Source of the DNA: a virus
Length of the DNA: 64,000 bases
Virus record (IMG/VR): IMGVR_UViG_3300036766_000889
Direction: 5' to 3' (one strand)
Program-made: the position numbers and the translations under genes
The notes under the pieces: model-generated
Told to the model about the DNA's origin: nothing
The model's database searches: none
Seen by the model: only the letters and a program-made list of their open reading frames with translations
Part shown: positions 56,865 through 64,000 of the stretch, in pieces
How the letters are laid out: each line of letters begins with the position of its first letter
Position numbering within the stretch: position 1 is the stretch's first letter

Positions 56865-56917
56865 ATTAATTACTCAGCATAAGAGACCCAGTCCATTAAC
56901 CCAAATCAACAAATATT

Positions 56918-57727
56918 CTAGTAGTCGTTGCTATGATCCTCATTGGTCACATTCACGGCTTTTTTAAACCCTTTTCTATCTAAACCAGCAACACCTTCTG
57001 TGAATTTCCGAAAGTCTTCGTATGAATAATTCGATAAAATTGATTTAGAAGAGTCCCCAATCTTTCCTTTATGGGATTGGGTTCTCTTCCCTAGATAAAC
57101 ATCCTGCAAAATGAACTTTAGGTTGTAGAGAGTATGAGATGGTCTAATGATGGAAAGAAGAATGCGTATATTTTTTTCTGCAAGAATTGTATTGATGGAC
57201 CCGGGGTTTGGAAGAACAACATCTATTGTTATACCAAACTCGTCAGAAATATCATAACCGGAGTCTTTCTTTCTACCATTAAGAAAGTTCTCACGAACTA
57301 TTATATTTCCTCCAGTAACGAGTTCAACAGCCTTTTGAATTGATTGAGGTATACTTCCATTGAAATAAACCGATATGACTTGGTTTAAGAAATCTCTAAA
57401 CTCAATGTCTGTTTTCTCAATGTCCGGTGCCCCGTCTGTACCTGGAAAAACGGAAGATGTAAGAATTTGATATAAGAATTCAGTTCTTGTAGTTGAGTAT
57501 GACTGGTCGATCTGAATATCTTCAAGTGATAAACGAAGACGCGCAATCGAAATTGCCATGGCCTTCACTTCACGAGCATATAACGGACCGTCGATGGAAG
57601 ACTTCCAGTAATCAGAAAGCAACGATAAAATAATCTTGAAGTTACGTTGAGACTCGTCATCGAGTCTTGATATCCACTCTTCACCGGCTTCGTACGTATT
57701 GAAATTTTTGCGGACTATTATGGCCAT
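56918..57727 (-). CDS. Baseplate wedge protein (P2 gpI-like position)
   Basis: Follows J-like gene; GS..SI..AV and IRPSH motifs. Confidence 0.6.
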   Translation of the reverse strand: MAIIVRKNFNTYEAGEEWISRLDDESQRNFKIILSLLSDYWKSSIDGPLYAREVKAMAISIARLRLSLEDIQIDQSYSTTRTEFLYQILTSSVFPGTDGAPDIEKTDIEFRDFLNQVISVYFNGSIPQSIQKAVELVTGGNIIVRENFLNGRKKDSGYDISDEFGITIDVVLPNPGSINTILAEKNIRILLSIIRPSHTLYNLKFILQDVYLGKRTQSHKGKIGDSSKSILSNYSYEDFRKFTEGVAGLDRKGFKKAVNVTNEDHSNDY

Positions 57728-57731
57728 AATA

Positions 57732-60700
57732 TCAAGCCGGTCGGTAGGTAATCGTTATGTCGCCCGGGGTAACGTACTCAATAGAAGAAACATTAATATC
57801 TTTGGATCCTAAATCTCCATGTACGACGTATGTAACTGAGAAACTGTGCATCGACGGTACATCAGGCGGACTTTGACTATTATCAAGAGAAAGGAACACT
57901 TTGTTAGCGGTAAGAGAAAGACGTTTTGAAGTTATGTCTTCTTGACCCACCCCATCAGCAAGAAGAGTCGCGTCATCTGAGTATCCCTGTATGACAGAAC
58001 CTTTGGCCCCGATCACCCAGGCTTGATTCGGGTAATAACCAACAGTGTCGATTGATTCCGATTGAATCATAACGAGATTATCTTTGAAAACGCCATTGAA
58101 TACGTTTTTGTCAACACCGCTGTCAACAGTATTGAATGGAAGAGGTTGATCAAGTACGTATACGGCATTTGCAAAGAGTGACAAACTAGGAACAAATATA
58201 TAGTCAGATGGGATTGGTTCACGAATACGCACGGCCCCATCTTTAAGAGTCATCTTAAAGAATGGCTGTATGATATAATCAACGCCGGTAACACTTTTCA
58301 TTGCAGCAGTTATATCAGTCTGGTAGATTGATTGACCAACTCCCTTACCATCCGTCATTACAGTAATGGCAGTCCTTATATTTGAATCAACAGTAGCTTG
58401 CACCGAGTTCGGTTTAAGTTGAACGGTAGCTTCAATTGACAAAGGATTTTCAGTTGCTTGCTTTGCTATTGCATCAGCTGTCGTGTGCTTTGATTTGTTA
58501 ATGTTAGCCTGAAGCTGTTGAAGTACATCGTTAACGACATACGTGATAACAAAGTTCTCATCATGTTCGTAATCAACTGATACGACAGACCCAGTATTGA
58601 TTGCCGAATCAGCAGAACGAATGATCTTAGCTGGTACTGTCTGCGTTCCGGAAATGATAAAGTAATCGGGGTTTACCGTATTCGGACCGTTGTAGACTAA
58701 AGAACGATCCTTCGAAAGAACTTTGATAGTCAGTACGTTCACACCGACTTTCCCGAGTGATTCAACAAACTCTCCTATCATGACATGTTGTTCATCGTTC
58801 ACCGGGATAAGAATACCACTCGGAACTCCGTCAACCTGTTCGATAGAAACATAATCTTGAGAGATCGTGCTTTCACCTTCAACGAGCTGGTCCTGATTTT
58901 TATATAAAGAAAAACCAGAAGATGAATCCAGTTCGCCAGATGATTCGCCTACAACAGAAACCACGCGACGAACTGGCTGAATTTTAGATATAAACCGGTT
59001 ACTGCTTTGATACCTATAATCACCTTCAATAAAATCATCAAATCTTGTTTCAGGTTGGGGTATTAAAGTAGACACCTTAATAGTTCGGTAATCTATGATC
59101 ATAACGCCAGTAAGGTCATAAGATGAAGTAGGAAAGTTTGAGTGGTTCCTCAGTCCAAAATTTTGAGAAGGGTTATATAACATTTCCTGAATTGAAGATT
59201 GAGGCGACAGACGTGAATCTCTAGCTCTAAAAATGAGCTCCGATGAATCAACAATTTCAAATCTTACAGATTGTGCGATATTGAATTGAAACGCAAACGT
59301 TTCCGATACAGTTCTTTCCAACAGTCCCTTTACGTATAAGTCTACTTTTCCACCCGTGTGTTTAAAACGGACCGGATCCCAATCACGCATCATGAACTCG
59401 TCACCAGACTTAACAACTAGTGCTTGGAAAACCCCGGGAGTCCCATTCGCAATTCTCTCATACCCACCGGATGTTCCAGTATCAAGAGATGAAAGAGCGT
59501 TAAGACAATCCTCGGATAAGTCAAGATTGTTTTGACGGTCACTACCAAAATTAGATGCAACATCATTAATAGTTGATAGTCCTGACGCTCCAGATGTGAC
59601 AGTGTTAAGATCGCCAGCAGGAACATTTCCAATGGAACCAGGCGATTCCGCTATCATCTGAACCTGAATCTCGTATCGCTTACTATCGTTATTGTAATAA
59701 GCTTGAGCATTTGCCGCAAATAACGTCACTTGGCCGAAAGATCTGAATCTTGGGGCCGTTGAATTTTGGTTAGAAGCAACCACGGCATTCTGCGAAACAA
59801 CAAGATTCCTTGTTGGTTTCGTCATTGTGTAAAATGTCTGAAGAACCGACGCAAATTTTTGACCTTTACGTTTTCTCCCGTAATTTTGAGCAAGTGAATC
59901 AAAAGCCCCATCTATGAGAGACTGGACAGATGTGTCATCGGAAACATTCAAAGCCGTTTTTAGGTTCGATTTGTATGCCGAATTTGCAACAAGAACAGAT
60001 GTTCCTGTCATTCCAGGGTCGTCAATTGCAAGAAGAGCTGGAAAAGATTTAGCACGATGAACGAAGTCCAAAAGAAAGTAAGCTTTTTGGATTTCGTTAG
60101 AAAATGGTTCTATATGAACTTCACGAATGGTAGAACCGGGTATGAGAGACAACGTTGGTTCGGTTTTCGAAATTTCGTTAATGTAGTCAGCTGCAACTTG
60201 ACGTTGATCTCTGATTTTTATGCCGCGAATTTGAGTATCGAGCGGTAACGGTCCACCGGAAACTTCTGGAGAGAAACGACTCTCCATCAATTGACTTGTC
60301 GTAGGATCCGTATATACAGCCGTTACAACGTAAAAAATCGGGTCATCGGGTTGAACGGCAGAAAACGTATCAGTGTTAAGTATACCAGCATTTGCAGTCG
60401 AGTTTCTGTTGTGGTTGAAAACGAACTGTTTCAACTCAGTACGACGAATGATTTCACCGTGGAAGCTGAAATCCGGACTAGCAAACAACGGCCAAGACGT
60501 AGTACCCTTTAGCTCACTGATCTCACCGGTTATTGAATCCGCAGTTTGTAACTGCACCTGAAGCTCTAAATTTTCGTCAGGTTCAGTGAAATTATAAGTG
60601 AAATCAAGCATAACCGTCTCGTCTGTGACGGTTTCCGTAGCTTTTGAGCTCGGGATGATATCAAGATTTATTTTAAGATAACCATTCGTTCCGCCACCGG

Positions 60701-61160
60701 CTGCCGGAGAACCATATACGTTGTACCCAACAGCGGATTCAGAGTTCAGATTTGACCAAACAATATCTAGAGTAGTTGCTCGACGTCTAACATTCAAACC
60801 AGATGGGGGAGCAAAAGCTAGTTGGGACTCAACACTTGGAACAGCGTTTACTGTAACAGTAGATGGGGTGCTTACTGAACCTGATATGTCAACTGACCTG
60901 ATCTGGATAGTATTATACCCGGTCTCTAAAGCTATACCCTCGGGGAAGCTTAACGGGTTAGGCACTCTAAAATTCGGCAGAACGAGGCCGACGAGAGTGG
61001 GGTCCGACACAAACCCGGCATCGTTAATGTTGATCTGAACATCAACAGTGTTCGGATCAACAGTTCCAGAAAATTGGATCCCACGAAGATTCGTGGTAAC
61101 GACCAGGTTCGTGGTTGTACCAGTACTATCGAATAGGTTAATTCTCGGTGCTGTCGCCAT
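57732..61160 (-). CDS. Baseplate J-like wedge protein
   Basis: PGSTIRE, LAQNYGRKRK, AESPGSIGNVPAG, GSDRQNN..L, GGKVDLYV. Confidence 0.8.
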   Translation of the reverse strand: MATAPRINLFDSTGTTTNLVVTTNLRGIQFSGTVDPNTVDVQININDAGFVSDPTLVGLVLPNFRVPNPLSFPEGIALETGYNTIQIRSVDISGSVSTPSTVTVNAVPSVESQLAFAPPSGLNVRRRATTLDIVWSNLNSESAVGYNVYGSPAAGGGTNGYLKINLDIIPSSKATETVTDETVMLDFTYNFTEPDENLELQVQLQTADSITGEISELKGTTSWPLFASPDFSFHGEIIRRTELKQFVFNHNRNSTANAGILNTDTFSAVQPDDPIFYVVTAVYTDPTTSQLMESRFSPEVSGGPLPLDTQIRGIKIRDQRQVAADYINEISKTEPTLSLIPGSTIREVHIEPFSNEIQKAYFLLDFVHRAKSFPALLAIDDPGMTGTSVLVANSAYKSNLKTALNVSDDTSVQSLIDGAFDSLAQNYGRKRKGQKFASVLQTFYTMTKPTRNLVVSQNAVVASNQNSTAPRFRSFGQVTLFAANAQAYYNNDSKRYEIQVQMIAESPGSIGNVPAGDLNTVTSGASGLSTINDVASNFGSDRQNNLDLSEDCLNALSSLDTGTSGGYERIANGTPGVFQALVVKSGDEFMMRDWDPVRFKHTGGKVDLYVKGLLERTVSETFAFQFNIAQSVRFEIVDSSELIFRARDSRLSPQSSIQEMLYNPSQNFGLRNHSNFPTSSYDLTGVMIIDYRTIKVSTLIPQPETRFDDFIEGDYRYQSSNRFISKIQPVRRVVSVVGESSGELDSSSGFSLYKNQDQLVEGESTISQDYVSIEQVDGVPSGILIPVNDEQHVMIGEFVESLGKVGVNVLTIKVLSKDRSLVYNGPNTVNPDYFIISGTQTVPAKIIRSADSAINTGSVVSVDYEHDENFVITYVVNDVLQQLQANINKSKHTTADAIAKQATENPLSIEATVQLKPNSVQATVDSNIRTAITVMTDGKGVGQSIYQTDITAAMKSVTGVDYIIQPFFKMTLKDGAVRIREPIPSDYIFVPSLSLFANAVYVLDQPLPFNTVDSGVDKNVFNGVFKDNLVMIQSESIDTVGYYPNQAWVIGAKGSVIQGYSDDATLLADGVGQEDITSKRLSLTANKVFLSLDNSQSPPDVPSMHSFSVTYVVHGDLGSKDINVSSIEYVTPGDITITYRPA

Positions 61161-61194
61161 GTTGACGACTATACCTGATAGAAAGCCTGATGAA

Positions 61195-62352
61195 CTAGAC
61201 TATTCTGAACGATTTACCACCGGAGGAGAGAAAGAATGGATTCGGGTTACCAATTAGTCTTTTCAGAACCACTGGTTCACGGCTTCTAGATGTTATTCCC
61301 GTAACAACTACGGCAACTGTCGGATCCTCGTCTGGAACTTGAACAGTCAAGCTCCCAAGAGAGTATGGAAACTCCGCGTCAGAAACTTCCTGAAACGGGA
61401 ATTGTTGGTCCTGCTGCATTTTAATATTCTGATATGTTTTGAAGGTCTGGCTGATATCAAGAGTGATGAGAGAAGATGCTGATACCCCTCCAGTTATATT
61501 CTTACCACCTATACGATCGGTTAATCTAGACCCCAACCAAGGCCATTTGAAGTGCGATCCGGCTCTCGTAAATAAAAATTTCCCGAATTCTTGAGCAAGC
61601 AGATCAGAGTCTGTAACTGTTTCATATGATCCATTTAATGGGCTATAGTCAAATTCAATTTGAATCCCATGACATCTTCGACAGTTAGATGGAATTGTGA
61701 AATATCCAATCTGAAAAGTTGGACTGGAATTTCTAATCGGTTCTGAAAATTTGATTAGTTTCCCATTCCCGCCAGCGACAAGGGTGAGATCATCATCTAT
61801 AATATTCCAGGAAGGAAAAGTCCTTCGACTAACAACTTTCCTACCAGGTATTATCCCAATTTGAGTGTATCCGGCGAGCACCCGATGTGTGGTAGGTAAA
61901 GAACTTGTACGATCTGTCCATCGTGGATCTGGGAATGAAAACGAAACGGCCGATGGGCCAGATATTGGAGATTTAAAGAACACCCTTCCGTTGGAGGATG
62001 TAATGGATAATTCAGGTATCTTTAAAGATAAATCTTTCGCCAGGTCAAAAGCTTTTACGTTATTTCCGGAGATCATCTGAATCAGTCTGGACATCCCAGA
62101 GCCGACTTGAACGTATAGCATGTCGCTAACGCCAGAAACTATTCTATATGGTTCTATGCGAGATAGTGGAAGTTCTGGAACAGACCATATTCCGGATGGA
62201 GGAACAAACATCCCGTCCATCCAAACAGTGACGTTTGAATTGGACGGGTTCTTCGGAAATCTGATTGAGTCGTCTGAGTCAGCGATAAGACTAACAGTCT
62301 CGAGCTTCACTTCGTGGGAACAAACTTTTTCCAACGCGAAATCGTAACTCAT
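61195..62352 (-). CDS. Baseplate protein with gp25-like C-terminus
   Basis: CRRCHG; LAQEFGKFLFTRAGSH..PWLGSRL. Confidence 0.6.
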   Translation of the reverse strand: MSYDFALEKVCSHEVKLETVSLIADSDDSIRFPKNPSNSNVTVWMDGMFVPPSGIWSVPELPLSRIEPYRIVSGVSDMLYVQVGSGMSRLIQMISGNNVKAFDLAKDLSLKIPELSITSSNGRVFFKSPISGPSAVSFSFPDPRWTDRTSSLPTTHRVLAGYTQIGIIPGRKVVSRRTFPSWNIIDDDLTLVAGGNGKLIKFSEPIRNSSPTFQIGYFTIPSNCRRCHGIQIEFDYSPLNGSYETVTDSDLLAQEFGKFLFTRAGSHFKWPWLGSRLTDRIGGKNITGGVSASSLITLDISQTFKTYQNIKMQQDQQFPFQEVSDAEFPYSLGSLTVQVPDEDPTVAVVVTGITSRSREPVVLKRLIGNPNPFFLSSGGKSFRIV

Positions 62353-63092
62353 ACTGGTGTAGTCCCCCCGCCATCGTTTAAACCACGTAAGGAATTCGCA
62401 TCTTCTGTCAAAAGATCTTCCTCAGAATTCTTGTCTCCGATTCTCCCGATATCTTTCCCAAACTTGTCTTTGCTAATAACCACATTCATAGCGCCGGGGG
62501 TAAACATTTCGCCCATAACGGCGGCAATCTGGTCATCAACAGACCTATTGGCAGAACTACCTATCATTCTACTGAGGTCTCTAACTTCATTACTGAGTTG
62601 GTCAGAGTAATCGAGACATCGTTTGATCTTGAACTCCAGGTGCTCCCTCTTTCTTTTGATGACCTCGAGTTGCCAAAATTTAAGTCTCTGAACTCTCAAA
62701 CCAAGGTCACGGTCAAATCGTTGGTCACCTCTATTTCGACGTCCGTTTGAAAACACGTCAGAGTAACCGGATGTAGGACCCCCGTCAATGTTCACACCGC
62801 GTGTCAGAAAAACAGGTTTATCTGACGTCCTCAATAACATATCTCTTTCTGGAACGCCACCAAGAATTTTGTAAGCTTGAATAAGCTTAGCGCCATAACT
62901 ATTCGGAGGGTTACATGAAAAACTCAGCGGGTCATTGTTGTCGTCATATATCGTTTCAAATATACCATTCATCCCAAGCTGACGATTGAGCCAGTTTATT
63001 CTATCCTTGATGTCTTGGTCTTGGATCTTGGAAAAGTCGACAAGTTCGTCAAACTGCCCAGTAGTAAAGGTTCCAAAGAAATTAAAACTAAT
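62349..63092 (-). CDS. Hypothetical protein; start uncertain
   Basis: Track ORF to 63275 overlaps the HNH gene; SD GAGGTG precedes an in-frame ATT at 63092. Confidence 0.6.
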   Translation of the reverse strand: MSFNFFGTFTTGQFDELVDFSKIQDQDIKDRINWLNRQLGMNGIFETIYDDNNDPLSFSCNPPNSYGAKLIQAYKILGGVPERDMLLRTSDKPVFLTRGVNIDGGPTSGYSDVFSNGRRNRGDQRFDRDLGLRVQRLKFWQLEVIKRKREHLEFKIKRCLDYSDQLSNEVRDLSRMIGSSANRSVDDQIAAVMGEMFTPGAMNVVISKDKFGKDIGRIGDKNSEEDLLTEDANSLRGLNDGGGTTPV

Positions 63093-63771
63093 AACCCACC
63101 TCGATCTTTCTCTGGTGGACACATACTCCTCCACCAAGATATTTGCTGAAGTTACAATTCCAACAAAGTAATTGAAATAAAGACATATCGATTTTCTTAT
63201 CAAGAATAAGTTTATAAAGGTCTGCTCCACCTCTCGGCCCAAGGCAAGAAGAACCATCATTATTAATATGATCAACTGTCAGTCGGAAAATTCCGGTGTC
63301 TTCACAGCATTTACATATACCACCCAGAAAATTTATCACTTCCAGACGTATCTCAATGCTTTTGATACGACGGTTTTCATTTCGCCGTGTAGATGATGAA
63401 TGTTTCGGCCGAGTCATTTCTATTTCATCATTGCAATTCCGACATAGTATCCTGTACCTAGACCTACACTCCGGATTTTTAAGTATAAACTTCTTTATTT
63501 GATCAGGATGTTTTGACTGACGTTCAATTGAACCATCACCATCAACATGGTCTACTGTCAAAAATTCACGTTCTGTAATTCCACAAATATCACACTTCGC
63601 ACCAAGTAATTCAATACATTTATTACGAATTGATTGATTATAAAGACGCAAACGAATAGCAGAACAATCAGCACATACTGGTCGAGTAGGTCTAGTACGC
63701 GAATATTTATGAAATCCACATAACGGATCAAAACGAGAACAAGAACCACACGTTTTTTGTTCTCGTATCAT
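63088..63771 (-). CDS. Homing endonuclease with two tandem HNH-like domains
   Basis: Two LG..C..C...LTVDH..GDG/NDG...LC.NCN units. Confidence 0.85.
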   Translation of the reverse strand: MIREQKTCGSCSRFDPLCGFHKYSRTRPTRPVCADCSAIRLRLYNQSIRNKCIELLGAKCDICGITEREFLTVDHVDGDGSIERQSKHPDQIKKFILKNPECRSRYRILCRNCNDEIEMTRPKHSSSTRRNENRRIKSIEIRLEVINFLGGICKCCEDTGIFRLTVDHINNDGSSCLGPRGGADLYKLILDKKIDMSLFQLLCWNCNFSKYLGGGVCVHQRKIEVGY

Positions 63772-63801
63772 AAATTGTGGTCATTAACACTTAACACGTG
63801 T

Positions 63802-64000
63802 TCAAGCCCATCCGCCGCCAAGAATGAAACCCAACGCTTTAAAAGCTCCTAAAAACGCAGGACCGGGACCACCAGCACATAAAACTATTCCGGAGTGAAG
63901 TCCAAAAGGGGAACTACCGGGTTTGTTGTCCGATGTCATAATGGCTGATGCAAGACCAGCAGAGGAGTCTCCCGTGGTAAACAATATAGAAACAGACACT
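63802..64000 (-). CDS. C-terminus of a protein starting beyond the window
   Basis: Open frame to the window edge. Confidence 0.6.
   Translation of the reverse strand, partial: VSVSILFTTGDSSAGLASAIMTSDNKPGSSPFGLHSGIVLCAGGPGPAFLGAFKALGFILGGGWA

Noticed and set aside
27364-62610. Plus-strand ORFs antisense to large structural genes
   Set aside because: Typical antisense shadows with no motifs or SD

Overview
The window looks like a 64-kb segment of a large ('jumbo'-type) tailed phage genome using genetic code 11, almost entirely on the minus strand. (1) Positions 1-17.3 kb form a translation/RNA-repair island. It has a sigma70-like promoter, a 47-codon leader peptide with an overlapping antiterminator/terminator, and a boxA-like site. 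These precede about 39 tRNA or tRNA-like genes covering all 20 amino acids, a tmRNA (tag ANDNAYVAPVLKAA), a stand-alone CCA-enzyme-type HD protein, and a Ro60/TROVE gene followed by three short Y-RNA-like repeats and a YrlA-type RNA. HNH and SNase nucleases, several unassigned structured RNAs and the 5' end of EF-Ts are also here. (2) Positions 17.9-23.9 kb hold replication genes: an intein-containing DnaB-like helicase, a loader-like protein and a SNF2 helicase. (3) Positions 24-64 kb hold virion/baseplate/tail genes with interspersed GIY-YIG and HNH homing endonucleases. The best candidate for an undescribed system is a ribosome-stalling attenuator that could switch on the whole tRNA/tmRNA/Ro60-Y RNA rescue operon when host tRNAs are depleted. 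All RNA folds were read by eye and all protein assignments come from recognised motifs, not database searches.
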